Source: an uncultured Ruminococcus sp.
GTDB lineage: Bacteria > Bacillota > Clostridia > Oscillospirales > CAG-272
Direction of reading: 5' to 3'
Assembly: GCA_964623635.1 (NCBI GenBank)
Contig: CAZUUA010000005.1
Location: forward strand, 3,975 to 67,974
DNA: 64,000 nucleotides
Every line of letters begins with the position of its first letter. Position 1 is the stretch's first letter. The notes beneath the pieces were generated by a model. The model saw only the letters and a list, made by a program, of their open reading frames with translations, was not told where the DNA came from and ran no database searches. Below, piece by piece: positions 48,113 to 58,596 of this stretch. Position numbers and translations under genes: made by a program.

Positions 48113-49138
48113 ATGACAAATCACGAATGGTTCAAGCAGGCCGGTTATGGGATGATGGTGCATTTTGGGCTGTATTCCCTGCTGGGTGGCGAATACAAAG
48201 GCAGACGAGTCCAGTCCTATGCCGAATGGGCACAGTCCTATTTTGCCATTCCCAATGTCGAATATGAGCAGTTGGCGCATATTTTCAATCCCATTTATTT
48301 TAACGCAGACGAATGGATCTCTCTTGCCAAGCGTGCCGGGATGCAATATTTCGTGATCACATCCAAGCATCACGAAGGCTTTGCCCTGTTCGATTCTGCC
48401 GTGGACAGCTTCAATATGAAGAAGGCCACCCCCTTTGGCAGAGACATCATTGCAGAGCTGGCTGAAGCTTGCTACAAGTACGGCATCAAATTGGGTCTGT
48501 ACTATTCCCAGGAGCTGGACTGGCATCATCCTCACGGCGGCGGCTATAACCACACCACCGGTTGTGCCGGTACCGGTTGGTACAACTGCTGGGACTTCCC
48601 CAGCAAGAAAGGCAAGGATTTCTCCATTTGCTTTGAAGAAAAGATCAAGCCGCAGGTACAGGAGATCCTGACGAACTACGGGGATCTGTGCCTGATCTGG
48701 TTCGATACGCCCGGTGTCATCACCAAGGAGCAAAGTCTGGAGCTGCACAGCATGATCAAAAAATACCAGCCGGATTGCCTGATCAATTCCCGGATCGGCA
48801 ACGGTGCCTACGACTATGTTTCTCTGGGCGACAATGAGATCCCGAAAGCACTGCCGGATGCATCCGCTGCCCAAAACGACGGGGATATGAACAGTCTGGG
48901 TGGCTTCAAGTATTCGCCGTACGGACTGTACGAAACGGCTGGCACCATGAACCATTCCTGGGGCTTCCGGTATTACGACCACAACTGGCTCACACCGGAA
49001 CAGATCACAGCCAACCGCAAGCACCTGAACGAGCTGGGTATCAACTACCTGCTCAACGTAGGACCGGACGGTCTGGGTCGGATCCCGTCCTTCTGTGAGG
49101 AGAATTTGCTGAAAGCCGCAGAGCTCTACAACCAATAA
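48113..49138 (+). CDS. Alpha-L-fucosidase (GH29)
   Basis: GYGMMVHFGLYS, AEWAQ and TSKHHEGFALFDS match the GH29 N-terminal catalytic domain. Start refined to ATG 48113, which follows GGAGG. The longer ORF-track frame reads through the tRNA-Leu and promoter region. Confidence 0.85.
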   Translation: MTNHEWFKQAGYGMMVHFGLYSLLGGEYKGRRVQSYAEWAQSYFAIPNVEYEQLAHIFNPIYFNADEWISLAKRAGMQYFVITSKHHEGFALFDSAVDSFNMKKATPFGRDIIAELAEACYKYGIKLGLYYSQELDWHHPHGGGYNHTTGCAGTGWYNCWDFPSKKGKDFSICFEEKIKPQVQEILTNYGDLCLIWFDTPGVITKEQSLELHSMIKKYQPDCLINSRIGNGAYDYVSLGDNEIPKALPDASAAQNDGDMNSLGGFKYSPYGLYETAGTMNHSWGFRYYDHNWLTPEQITANRKHLNELGINYLLNVGPDGLGRIPSFCEENLLKAAELYNQ

Positions 49139-49172
49139 GGTTTCGCAAAGAGCCATATATAACATAGGAGGT

Positions 49173-49760
49173 ATGACCATGCAGCAGCTGAAAATGATGA
49201 AGCGGATGGGTGAGGTGAAGCCGTATCCGCTGCACGAGGATTATTTCATCCGCAACATTGACGAAAATGCACCCGGTGAGATCGACACCTGGGTGGAGAT
49301 TTGCAAAAACCAGCTCATGGGTGAGGATGCAAACCGGGAGACCTACACCAATTGCATCACGAATATGCCGCTTCTGGTGCCAGAGACGGATGTGTTTCTG
49401 GTGTGCGAAAAGGCTACGGGTCGACCGGTGGCTACGCTGACGGCCCACATTCGGGACACCGGCGACGGCTGGATCCACATGGTGGGTTCGCTGCCGGAGG
49501 TACGTGGCAAAAAGATCGGTCATGCCATGCTGGCACACGGACTGGCTCGGCTTGCCAAGGCTGGGGTACCCCGCGTTTGGCTCAGCACCGATGACTGGCG
49601 CCGTCCTGCCATCAAGACCTACCTGACCGCCGGCTTTTGTCCGGTGATCTTCGAAGACACCTCCGAAGATGCCGTACCGCTTGAAGACCGGTGGGAAGTG
49701 ATCCTTTCCGAGATGGGCTGGGACAAGCGGGAGTATTATTACCAAGGCAAGGATTGCTAA
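49173..49760 (+). CDS. GNAT family N-acetyltransferase
   Basis: VRGKKIGHAMLAHGL acetyl-CoA loop in a GNAT-like fold pattern. 195 aa. Confidence 0.65.
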   Translation: MTMQQLKMMKRMGEVKPYPLHEDYFIRNIDENAPGEIDTWVEICKNQLMGEDANRETYTNCITNMPLLVPETDVFLVCEKATGRPVATLTAHIRDTGDGWIHMVGSLPEVRGKKIGHAMLAHGLARLAKAGVPRVWLSTDDWRRPAIKTYLTAGFCPVIFEDTSEDAVPLEDRWEVILSEMGWDKREYYYQGKDC

Positions 49761-49785
49761 GATAGACAATTGCCGATTTAGATAT

Positions 49786-49820
49786 AACACCACACGGTAC
49801 TTACGGTGTGGTGTTTTTTG
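49786..49820 (+). terminator. Intrinsic terminator after the GNAT gene
   Basis: AACACCACACGG...CGGTGTGGTGTT stem followed by TTTTG. Confidence 0.75.
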
Positions 49821-49881
49821 CTGCACGTAGGCAGTGGCGGCGCATACACTGGTACCAAAGCCTTATGCGAAAGGGGAACAT

Positions 49882-50796
49882 ATGCGTACCATAGAAAAAA
49901 TCTCGATACTGGGCGGTGACAAACGGACGGAGACCATTTTGGCCGGGCTCCATCATGCGTTTCCGGAGGCCGGTCTATCTGTCTGGGGCACCACCGGGGT
50001 ACAGCTGCCTGCTTATGCCCACGGTGCCAAAACCTGGCAGGAGGCCATGTCCGGTGCACAAGTGGGGATCCTGCCCATTCCGGTGACACGAGACGGAGAA
50101 AATCTGACCGCCGATCCCCATGCCAACCAGACGGTACCCCTGGATGCGCTGTGCCGTTTTTTGCGTCCGGGCAGTCTGCTGCTGGGTGGCCTGATCCCAC
50201 CGATGGCCCGTCGGCTGGCACAGGAGAATGCCGTTCACTTTTTGGATTATTATGAAAACGGCGTTGTACAGACCCTCAATGCGGTGCCCACTGCCGAAGG
50301 TGCCATAGCCATTGCCATCCGGGAGCTGCCTGTGATCCTGCCGGAAGCCACCGCTGTGATCACCGGCTACGGTCGCTGTGCCAAGGCGCTCGCCGGACGT
50401 CTGCATCTGTTGGGTGCTCGTGTGATCGTGGCAGCCCGACGACCGGAAGCCTTGGCCGAAGCTGCCTGTGACGGGTGCGAAACGGTGCTGCTGTCTACCT
50501 ATTTGCAGTCTCCTCTGCCCTGTCAGATCCTGTTCAACACCATTCCGGCACCGGTATTCACAGACGCCTGCCTGGCCGGTCTAGAGGATGGATGCGTCTT
50601 TGTGGAGCTGGCCCATGGTCTGCCGCCGACACTGGAGCTACCCGGTCACATACGCCTGATCCGTGCGCCGGGACTACCGGGAAAGACCGCACCCCATACC
50701 GCCGGTCGGATCCTTTGTGACGGCATTTTAGAGGCTATCGGACATTGGCAGACCGAAGATAGCTCTCCGTTACAGGAACGGAGGAATGTGCTATGA
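49882..50796 (+). CDS. dpaA: Dipicolinate synthase subunit A
   Basis: ISILGGDKR N-terminus and the second Rossmann motif VITGYGRCAKALA. It is paired with dpaB through an ATGA overlap. Start refined to ATG 49882. Confidence 0.8.
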   Translation: MRTIEKISILGGDKRTETILAGLHHAFPEAGLSVWGTTGVQLPAYAHGAKTWQEAMSGAQVGILPIPVTRDGENLTADPHANQTVPLDALCRFLRPGSLLLGGLIPPMARRLAQENAVHFLDYYENGVVQTLNAVPTAEGAIAIAIRELPVILPEATAVITGYGRCAKALAGRLHLLGARVIVAARRPEALAEAACDGCETVLLSTYLQSPLPCQILFNTIPAPVFTDACLAGLEDGCVFVELAHGLPPTLELPGHIRLIRAPGLPGKTAPHTAGRILCDGILEAIGHWQTEDSSPLQERRNVL

Positions 50797-51329
50797 AGAT
50801 CGGTTATGCCTTATGCGGTTCCTATTGCACCCACGCCAAGAGCATTGCGGTGCTGGAAGGCCTGGTGGAGACCTACACGGTTGTGCCCATTCTCAGCGAA
50901 AATGTGGCGCACACGGATACACGGTTCGGGAAAGCGGCAGACCTGGTGCAGGTCCTCACTTCCCTATGCGGTCGTGCGCCCATTTGCACCATCGCCGAGG
51001 CAGAGCCACTGGGACCGGCGGAAGTGCTGGATCTATTGGTGATCGCACCCTGCACGGGAAATACGCTGGCAAAGCTGGCCCATGGAATCACGGATACGGC
51101 GGTGACCATGGCGGCCAAGGCACACCTGCGTTCCGACAGACCACTGCTGCTGGCACTGGCCACCAACGATGCCCTGTCTGCCAACCTGGGGAATATCGCC
51201 ACGATGCGCAGTCGGAAGCACGTATATTTTGTGCCGCTTGCCATGGACGATCCGGTACACAAGCCCCATTCGCTGGTGGCCGATTTTTCGTCCATTCCCG
51301 GTGAGATCGACAAGCTGCTGCATAGATAA
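50793..51329 (+). CDS. dpaB: Dipicolinate synthase subunit B (flavoprotein)
   Basis: MKIGYALCGSYCTH...APCTGNTLAKLAHGITDT is typical of SpoVFB. Confidence 0.85.
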   Translation: MKIGYALCGSYCTHAKSIAVLEGLVETYTVVPILSENVAHTDTRFGKAADLVQVLTSLCGRAPICTIAEAEPLGPAEVLDLLVIAPCTGNTLAKLAHGITDTAVTMAAKAHLRSDRPLLLALATNDALSANLGNIATMRSRKHVYFVPLAMDDPVHKPHSLVADFSSIPGEIDKLLHR

Positions 51330-51449
51330 CGCCTGTTCATGTATGGAGGAGAAAGCATGGCATTCCCGGACACCCATCTTTCTTCTCCGCACATTTTCCC
51401 GGTACTTGTACCTTGGAAACCATGGATCGGCACATTTTTCATTTTCCCC

Positions 51450-51478
51450 TTGACTTCCAACCGTAACCATGGTATAAT
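51450..51478 (+). promoter_or_regulatory. Sigma70 promoter for the DUF4965 gene
   Basis: TTGACT-N17-TATAAT with a TGG extended -10. Its flanks are nearly identical to those of the fucosidase promoter. Confidence 0.65.
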
Positions 51479-51514
51479 GTGCCTGTACAAATACAAATTT
51501 TGGAGGTATTCCTC

Positions 51515-53485
51515 ATGCGTCTCAGACCCCCTTCTACACCGCTGATCACCGTGGATCCCTATTTCTCCATTTGGTCTCCGGCTGACAAGCTCACCGACAA
51601 AGTGACCTGCCACTGGACCGGCAAGCCCAACACCATCGTAGGCACCGCCACCATCGACGGACAGGCCTATCGGTTCATGGGCAAGCTCCACGCCAACGAT
51701 GACACCCCTGTGCTGGAACAGGTCGCTTTCGATTACGATGCCCTCTCCACCTATTACACCTTCGTGGGTGCCGGTGTGCAGCTGAAGCTGACCTTCACCA
51801 CGCCTCTGCTCATGGATGATCTGGCTGTGATGACCCGTCCTGTCAGCTACCTGTTGATCGAGACTGCTTCTGCCGACGGCTGCTGCCACGATGTGACTGT
51901 CAAGCTGGCTGTCAGTGAAGAGATCTGCCTGAACACCCGGTGCCAGTCTCCTGTAGTCACCGAGATCTTCGACGTAAACGGCAAGCCTACCGTCAAGATG
52001 GGCAACAGTGTACAGAACGTGCTGAACTGCTCCGGCGACGACGTACGTATCGACTGGGGTTACTTCTACCTGACAGCCTGCCATGGTACCGCTGCCGTGG
52101 AGACCATCAACGTGCCCTATTGTCCCCACAAGATTGGCTGGAACAAGTGGTCCGAGGCACCGGAAGACTACAAGGAAGAGACCACCTTTGTGTCTATGAC
52201 CATGCCTATGCACACCTGCCACGACAACAAGACCCTGGTGACCTTCGCTTACGACGACATCAAGTCTATCGAATATTTCGGCGAACAGCTCAACTCCTAC
52301 TGGAACAAGGATGGCATGACCATCACCGAAGCCATCGATGCGGCCTACACCGACTATGCAGCTCTGGCTGACCGTTGCCATGCCTTTGGGGAAAAGCTGT
52401 TCCACGATGCTGTACGGGCCGGCGGCGAAAAGTATGCCGAGATCTGTGAGCTCAGCTATCGGCAGGCCATTGCTGCCCACAAGCTGGTACTGGATACCGA
52501 AGGCAAGATCCTGTTCGTATCCAAGGAATGCTTCTCCAACGGCTGTGCCGCTACGGTAGACGTAAGCTATCCTTCCACGCCTTTGTTCCTGCTGTACAAT
52601 CCGGAGCTGGTACGGGGTATGATGCGGCCGGTATACAAGTTCTCTCGCACCGACAAGTGGAAGTTCGACTTTGCACCACACGATGCCGGTCGGTATCCGC
52701 TGCTGAACGGCCAGCATTACGGCGACAGACTGGAATCCCAGATGCCCGTGGAAGAATGCGGCAACCTGCTGGTGATGGCTACGGCTGTTTCTCTGGCTGA
52801 CCACGAGACTGCTTTTGCCGAAGAAAATATGGATCTGCTGGAAGCATGGGTGAAGTACCTGATCGCCAACGGCTACGACCCGGAAAACCAGCTCTGCACC
52901 GACGACTTTGCCGGTCACCTGGCACACAACTGCAACCTGTCTCTGAAGGCCATTATGGGTATCGCCGGGCTTTCTCTGATCTATCGGATGATGGGCAGAA
53001 CCGAGGATGCCGATGGTCTCATGACCGAAGCCAAGAAGATGGCCGATTCCTTTGTGGCAAGAGCGTCCAACGGCGACGGCAGCTTCCGTCTGGCCTACGA
53101 CCGTCCCGGCACCTGGTCCATGAAGTACAATGCCGTTTGGGACAAGCTGTGGGGCACCGGTCTGTTCGATCCCATGGTGATGCAGTCTGAGTTCGCTTCC
53201 TACCGCAAGCACGTGAATCCCTATGGTATGCCTCTGGACAACCGCTCCGACTACACCAAGAGCGACTGGCTGATCTGGACCGCCACCCTGGCTCAGGAAA
53301 AGGACGACTTCATCGACTTCGTAACGCCGCTGTGGAAGAGCTATCACCACTCCGAGAGCCGTGTTCCTACCACTGACTGGTATTTCACCACCACCTCTAT
53401 CCAGCGTGGGTTCCAGCACCGTTCCGTTGTAGGCGGTCACTTCATGAAGCTGTTGGAAGCAAGCGGCAAGATGAAGACCAAATAA
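51515..53485 (+). CDS. Glutaminase-A-like protein (DUF4964/DUF5127/DUF4965/DUF1793 architecture), a probable glycoside hydrolase-like enzyme
   Basis: The N-terminus MRLRPPSTPLITVDPYFSIWSP and the overall size are typical of this family. Start refined to ATG 51515, which follows GGAGG. Confidence 0.7.
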   Translation: MRLRPPSTPLITVDPYFSIWSPADKLTDKVTCHWTGKPNTIVGTATIDGQAYRFMGKLHANDDTPVLEQVAFDYDALSTYYTFVGAGVQLKLTFTTPLLMDDLAVMTRPVSYLLIETASADGCCHDVTVKLAVSEEICLNTRCQSPVVTEIFDVNGKPTVKMGNSVQNVLNCSGDDVRIDWGYFYLTACHGTAAVETINVPYCPHKIGWNKWSEAPEDYKEETTFVSMTMPMHTCHDNKTLVTFAYDDIKSIEYFGEQLNSYWNKDGMTITEAIDAAYTDYAALADRCHAFGEKLFHDAVRAGGEKYAEICELSYRQAIAAHKLVLDTEGKILFVSKECFSNGCAATVDVSYPSTPLFLLYNPELVRGMMRPVYKFSRTDKWKFDFAPHDAGRYPLLNGQHYGDRLESQMPVEECGNLLVMATAVSLADHETAFAEENMDLLEAWVKYLIANGYDPENQLCTDDFAGHLAHNCNLSLKAIMGIAGLSLIYRMMGRTEDADGLMTEAKKMADSFVARASNGDGSFRLAYDRPGTWSMKYNAVWDKLWGTGLFDPMVMQSEFASYRKHVNPYGMPLDNRSDYTKSDWLIWTATLAQEKDDFIDFVTPLWKSYHHSESRVPTTDWYFTTTSIQRGFQHRSVVGGHFMKLLEASGKMKTK

Positions 53486-53541
53486 GAATATACGCCGAGC
53501 GAGTAACTATGCCTGCCATTTGTATCGGGCGTTAACAAGAC

Positions 53542-53586
53542 AAAAATCCTCCGCAACACTTTGATATGCGGAGGATTTATTGTTTG
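53542..53586. terminator. Bidirectional terminator between the convergent DUF4965 and MATE genes
   Basis: AAATCCTCCGCA-N11-TGCGGAGGATTT, flanked by AAAAA and TTATTGTTTG. Confidence 0.8.
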
Positions 53587-53588
53587 CT

Positions 53589-54980
53589 TTATTTTTGGAT
53601 CAGCTTCACCTTGTCCAGCGGTACCTTGTGGTAGTACAGCAGTGTCAGTGCGGAGCATACCAACCAGCCTGCCGGATATCCCATGGCGATGGGCAAAATG
53701 GTGTTGGAGATGAAATTGGCGACCACGAACAGGTATATCTGCCGGAAGCATACGAAGGACAACAACATAATGATCATGGGCACCTTGGAGTTGCCGGCTC
53801 CACGGAGGGCACCGGAATACACCTGGTTCACGCAGCACAGCACGTAAAACGGTGTGATATGCCGCAGGAACAATGTGCCAAATTCACGCACAGCCGGGTC
53901 GTCGTTGAAGAATGCCACCAAATGCGGTGCGGTGATGATCACGGGAATCATGACGATCAGCGTGGCGGCAACAGACATATACAGCGCCGAGGACACGCCT
54001 TTTTTCGCCCGCTCCACGTGGCCGATGCCCAGGTTTTGTCCCACGAAGGTGGTGGACGCCAGTGCCAAAGACTGCATGGGCAGGAAGATCAGCTGGTCGA
54101 TCTTGGAGTAGGCAGTCCAGCCGGCCATACAGCTTTCGCCGAAGAAGTTGATGTAGGATTGGACAAAAATGTTGGAGAAGGAGGTGATCATCATCTGAAT
54201 GGCCGCCGGAATGCCCACACGGATGACCTTCGCCAGCGCATCCCAGTGCATCCTTAGCTTTCGGAAGGACAGCTTGACACAGGTATCCGTGCGGAACAGG
54301 ACGATCATGGTCAGCAGTGCCGACACGCCCTGTGCAATAATGGTAGCCCAGGCAACACCGGCTACGCCCATATCAAAGGCCAGCACAAACACCAAATCCA
54401 GTACGGTATTCAGCAGTGCGGATACCACCAAGAAATAAAAGGGTCGCTGGGAGTCGCCGATGGCACGCAGGATCCCGGAGCCGATGTTGTACAGCATCAG
54501 TCCCAGCACGCCGGAGAAATAGATGGTCAGATACGTTGTGGATTCCGGGAGCACGCCTTCCGGGGTCTTCATGAACCGCAGCATATACGGTGTCATCCAG
54601 ATGCCCACGAAAGTGAAGATGATCCCCAACACCAGGGTCATGACGATGGAGGTATGTACCGTTTCGCTGACCTTGTCGTGCTTCTTGGCACCGTAATATT
54701 GGGAGATCACCACGCCGGCGCCACTGGACAGACCCATGAAAAAGCCGATAAGCATATTGATGACCGGTCCCACGGTACCAACCGCCGCAAAGGCATTTTT
54801 GGAAACGTAGTTCCCTACCACCCAGCTGTCTACGGTATTGTACAGCTGTTGGAAGATATTGCCCAGCAGCAGCGGAAAGGCAAAGCGGATCAGGTGCCCG
54901 GCGATGGAACCTTCGGTCATGTCCACATCCTTTTGTCGTCCGGTGGTCATATGTTTTAGTCGTTGAAGCAGTTCAGCCAT
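53589..54980 (-). CDS. MATE family efflux transporter
   Basis: 12-TM profile. The N-terminus ...GSIAGHLIRFAFPLLLGNIFQQLYNTVDSWVVG is typical of MATE (NorM/DinF-like) pumps. Confidence 0.85.
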   Translation of the reverse strand: MAELLQRLKHMTTGRQKDVDMTEGSIAGHLIRFAFPLLLGNIFQQLYNTVDSWVVGNYVSKNAFAAVGTVGPVINMLIGFFMGLSSGAGVVISQYYGAKKHDKVSETVHTSIVMTLVLGIIFTFVGIWMTPYMLRFMKTPEGVLPESTTYLTIYFSGVLGLMLYNIGSGILRAIGDSQRPFYFLVVSALLNTVLDLVFVLAFDMGVAGVAWATIIAQGVSALLTMIVLFRTDTCVKLSFRKLRMHWDALAKVIRVGIPAAIQMMITSFSNIFVQSYINFFGESCMAGWTAYSKIDQLIFLPMQSLALASTTFVGQNLGIGHVERAKKGVSSALYMSVAATLIVMIPVIITAPHLVAFFNDDPAVREFGTLFLRHITPFYVLCCVNQVYSGALRGAGNSKVPMIIMLLSFVCFRQIYLFVVANFISNTILPIAMGYPAGWLVCSALTLLYYHKVPLDKVKLIQK

Positions 54981-55027
54981 ACAAACGTCCTCTTTCTATT
55001 TTTTAAGTCATGATCCTATGTCTTTTT

Positions 55028-55056
55028 ATAATACACCATTTTTCGCATTCCGTCAA
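55028..55056 (-). promoter_or_regulatory. Sigma70 promoter for the MATE gene
   Basis: The reverse strand reads TTGACG-N17-TATTAT. Confidence 0.5.
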
Positions 55057-55152
55057 GGGGAAATCGAAAAAAATTGGGCAAATCGGCAAAAAAGAATGGA
55101 CAAATCACCATTCTCCACTGTGGATTGTAATATTTGTCCATTCGTATTTTTA

Positions 55153-56181
55153 TTACAGGATGTACGCCATCATCTGTTCGATTGCCGTGTCGTCCTTGCA
55201 AAGCTCGTGGGTGCCCTCGAACAGGGTGCAGGTGAACCAGTCTGCAGCAACACCGGAATTTCTACAATAGTCGTAGACCCGCTCCATCTCCGTCTGCGTG
55301 TGCGCCATGGCGAAGAGTTCGTCGTGGTCTCCCATTTGCACACACAATCGGCGTGGATAGCACAGGCACGCAACCTCGGCATCGTCGTACAGCATGGCGG
55401 CGTTCTGCCAGGTCCAGTCGGTCCAAGGGTATTCACGGCGGCTGCTGAAAAAGGAACCGGACACAGCCGAACGGATCCGGGTGTCGATGGCGGTGGTGAA
55501 CAGGGTGTAGAAGCCGCCGTAGGACAGACCGATCATGCCAAAGCTGCTCTGGGTGTCCCGGAAATAGTCCAGCGCTCTCTGCAGTGCGTACACCTCTACG
55601 GCGGTGATGGAGCTGCCCACACGCTTCAGCCGGGCATCCATGGCCTGTCGGTCGTAGGGCTCACCATAGGTGTCCTTGTTCCATAACAGCAGTTGGGGTG
55701 CAAACAGATCCACCGGATAGGGCAACAGCCGTTCCAGCATATGGTTGTAGTTGGCGGTCTGTCCCTCGTAGAAACCGGCGATGTATTCCGGCGTACCCAG
55801 ACCACCATGCTGTACCAACACCAAAGGACGCTTGTCCGTGCCCTCTCGCCGAAACCACAGCCCTGTCAAAGTCACCGCCGGCAGCACCTCCATGTGGACA
55901 CGCAGGATCGTGTAGTCCCCTTCTCTGCCCAGCACTTCTTCGGTGGCATTCGGTGGCGTACACGGTCTCGGTTCCGTCAGTGGCCAACCCAGCATTTGAC
56001 AGAAGCGTTCTCTATGGAATGCGGCATTCTCGAAAATATCGGCGCAGCGCCTGGTTCGTTCGACAGCAAAAGCGTCTTCCCTCGATCGGATCAAGGCTTC
56101 CAGACCGTCTCGGTACGCCGTCTTTGAGGCACGGCTATGCTCCATGGGCTCCCGAAACTGCATGGGTTCGTAGCTTGCCAT
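55153..56181 (-). CDS. Alpha/beta hydrolase (esterase-like)
   Basis: Nucleophile elbow GLSYGG. The HGGLG region and the 342-aa size fit. It sits directly downstream of the GH39-like gene. Confidence 0.6.
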   Translation of the reverse strand: MASYEPMQFREPMEHSRASKTAYRDGLEALIRSREDAFAVERTRRCADIFENAAFHRERFCQMLGWPLTEPRPCTPPNATEEVLGREGDYTILRVHMEVLPAVTLTGLWFRREGTDKRPLVLVQHGGLGTPEYIAGFYEGQTANYNHMLERLLPYPVDLFAPQLLLWNKDTYGEPYDRQAMDARLKRVGSSITAVEVYALQRALDYFRDTQSSFGMIGLSYGGFYTLFTTAIDTRIRSAVSGSFFSSRREYPWTDWTWQNAAMLYDDAEVACLCYPRRLCVQMGDHDELFAMAHTQTEMERVYDYCRNSGVAADWFTCTLFEGTHELCKDDTAIEQMMAYIL

Positions 56182-56189
56182 ACCAGCCT

Positions 56190-57527
56190 TTACTCCTTTT
56201 CCAGCACCACCAAAACCGTGCCGAACAGCGGAAGCGTCACGTAGGCATCCATATCGGTGCAGGCGGTCTTTTCTTCGCGCAGAACGGTGTTGTCGTGGGT
56301 GTCGTCCAGCAGCTGGTACCGGATCTTCCAGGTTCCGGCAGGCAGACCGGTGAGAGACAGCTTGACCTCCTTGGTCGGTGCGTTGTCGTCATCGGCGTAG
56401 TTGGTCAAGAGCACGGCGCACTTGGTATCCGATGTGGCGGCAACGGCGTAGATGGTATCGGTCTGAGCAGGCACATCGGCTTCGGTACCGATACGGTACA
56501 GGGTATCGAACATGGGGAAGGGGTAATAGCCCTTCAGCGGCAGCAGCGTGTCGGTGTCGAACATACCGTTCATGCCGCAGGGTCTGGCGTCGTAGTACAT
56601 GAAGTGATCCATGGGAGAATCCTGTGCGCAGATCATGGAAGCCGCAATGAAGGATGCACCCTTGATACCCTTTTCCATCCGCAGCGAGTACCGCCAAGCA
56701 TCGTTGGCCCAGCCTTTGATGTAGTTCCACTCGTTCAGGATGATCTCTGTATCCGTGAAACCGTAGGCGTCCAGATCTCGTCTGGCCTTTTCGGCCTGAG
56801 CACGGTAATCGACAGGATTTCTGGTGTAGCCGTGGAAGGAGAAGAAATCCAGGTGCAGGTTTCTGTCCCGTACCACGTCAAAGATCCGCTTGTTCCAGGT
56901 GTCGTTCCAGGCACTGCACAAAGCCGGTCCACCGATCTTCAGGTTCGGGAAGCAGGTCTTCAGGTGGGACAGAGTTGTGGCAAACAGCTCCACGAATTGC
57001 TCCGGCGTGCCCTGCCAACAAGGATTGGTACCATCGGCATTGCCGCAGTCCGGCTCGTTCCAGATCTCCCAGTATTCGATCCCGTAGTGGAAGCCGTCTG
57101 CCCAGCCTTCGTTGTAGTGGCGGATGATGTGTTCGCAGACTCTTGCCCACTTGGCAAAATCGGCCGGTGGATAAGTACCGAACTTGTACTCATGCTCGAT
57201 GGATGCGCCTAGTCGATAGAACACCTTGGTGCCGGTCTCTATGATGTCGGCCAGATAGGTATCTGTGGGTCCGAACACATAGGAGGCCGGATCGTTTTCG
57301 TCGGCAGCAAAATTCTTGAAGATCCGGTGTACGTCCACGATATGCTCTCCACCGTAGCCGGCATAGAAGGATGCGTCGTGGTTCCGGGCAAAGGGGATAC
57401 CGGCCTTGGCGTAGTTTTCCGCATTGGAGGTGCCACGTACCTTCGAGCCGGCAGGGCCGTTGTTGACCGAGTGCATGGGCTTGATGGGACCTGTGCTTTT
57501 GGCAAAATTGACAGAAATATGTTCCAT
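56190..57527 (-). CDS. Clan GH-A glycoside hydrolase, GH39-like
   Basis: IEYWEIWNEPD acid/base region and a TIM-barrel-like pattern. Start refined to ATG 57527 (MEHISVNF), which follows AGGAG. Confidence 0.6.
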   Translation of the reverse strand: MEHISVNFAKSTGPIKPMHSVNNGPAGSKVRGTSNAENYAKAGIPFARNHDASFYAGYGGEHIVDVHRIFKNFAADENDPASYVFGPTDTYLADIIETGTKVFYRLGASIEHEYKFGTYPPADFAKWARVCEHIIRHYNEGWADGFHYGIEYWEIWNEPDCGNADGTNPCWQGTPEQFVELFATTLSHLKTCFPNLKIGGPALCSAWNDTWNKRIFDVVRDRNLHLDFFSFHGYTRNPVDYRAQAEKARRDLDAYGFTDTEIILNEWNYIKGWANDAWRYSLRMEKGIKGASFIAASMICAQDSPMDHFMYYDARPCGMNGMFDTDTLLPLKGYYPFPMFDTLYRIGTEADVPAQTDTIYAVAATSDTKCAVLLTNYADDDNAPTKEVKLSLTGLPAGTWKIRYQLLDDTHDNTVLREEKTACTDMDAYVTLPLFGTVLVVLEKE

Positions 57528-57660
57528 ATGTATGCTCCTATTGGTAGGAATTTTGTTGTCTATAGGATAGCACAAACGCACCGAATTGTCAAGAGAAATC
57601 GCAAAAAAGTGCCTTTTCGGGCAGAACCGTCTATGGGTTCTCTCGTCCAGGCACTTTCGT

Positions 57661-58596
57661 TTATTCCTTTGCGATCAGCTTTCCGGTCAGCGTACAGAAC
57701 TCGGCGGTGGTCAGCTTTTCACCACGGACGTCCGGCCGCAGTCCCATGGCTTCCAGAGCAGCGGCGGTCACATCCTTGGGGTACTTGCCGGACAGGCTGT
57801 TGACCAGCGTCTTGCGTCTTTGACCGAATGCCATGCCGATCACCTCCGACACAGCCGTACCAAAGGCATCGCAGGCGCTGTCCTCGGTGGGTGCATCCGG
57901 GTAGATCGCACGCAGTCCGCCGTGGGGCAAAATGGCGCAGACCGCAGAGGATACCTTTGGGATCGGATAGAAGCAACCGGGAGACACGTCAAAAAGCTTC
58001 TCCGTATCGGCATGAAGACCAATGGCGGCACTGAGCGCACCGTAGTCGTCCTTGGCACCGGGATCGGCACATATGCGGCGTGCGACCTCCAGCTGCACCA
58101 TGACCGTGATACCGGCCAGCGGTACGGGTACAGAGGCAGGCCAGCTTTCCAGGATCCGCATGAGCACCGGCGTGGTGATGTAATACGGCAGGTTGGCGCA
58201 AATGGACACGGTCCCGCCGTCGGTCAGGATATCGCCGAAGTGTTCCTCTAAGAAGGCAGGCAGGTCGATGGTCATAAAGTCCTGGTTGACGACGGTCACG
58301 TTGTCGTATTCTTCCAGCACTTCATCCAACAGTGGCAGCAGACCGGTGTCGATCTCTACCGCCATCACCCGGTCGTACTGCTCTGCCAAAAAACGGGTCA
58401 GGGCACCTACACCGGGACCGATCTCCAACACGCCGGCCGGTTTGTCATAGGGTGCAAAGCCACGGGACATTTCGGCGATCCGCTGGGGAACACCGGGTTG
58501 GATCAGGAAATTCTGACCGAAGCCCTTTTTGGGTGCCAGATCGTATCGGTCCAGCAGTTCCCGGAGGACCTTCGGGTTACAAACGTCAAACCTCAC
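57661..58596 (-). CDS. rsmA: 16S rRNA (adenine1518/1519-N6)-dimethyltransferase RsmA (KsgA)
   Basis: FGQNFL and the SAM motif LEIGPGVGALT. Confidence 0.9.
   Translation of the reverse strand: MRFDVCNPKVLRELLDRYDLAPKKGFGQNFLIQPGVPQRIAEMSRGFAPYDKPAGVLEIGPGVGALTRFLAEQYDRVMAVEIDTGLLPLLDEVLEEYDNVTVVNQDFMTIDLPAFLEEHFGDILTDGGTVSICANLPYYITTPVLMRILESWPASVPVPLAGITVMVQLEVARRICADPGAKDDYGALSAAIGLHADTEKLFDVSPGCFYPIPKVSSAVCAILPHGGLRAIYPDAPTEDSACDAFGTAVSEVIGMAFGQRRKTLVNSLSGKYPKDVTAAALEAMGLRPDVRGEKLTTAEFCTLTGKLIAKE

Noticed and set aside
50873-53440. 855-aa minus-strand ORF spanning dpaB and the DUF4965 gene
   Set aside because: It is antisense to two well-supported genes and crosses their intergenic promoter. 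Its composition is typical of antisense GC-rich frames (G, V, H and R rich). I treat it as an artefact.
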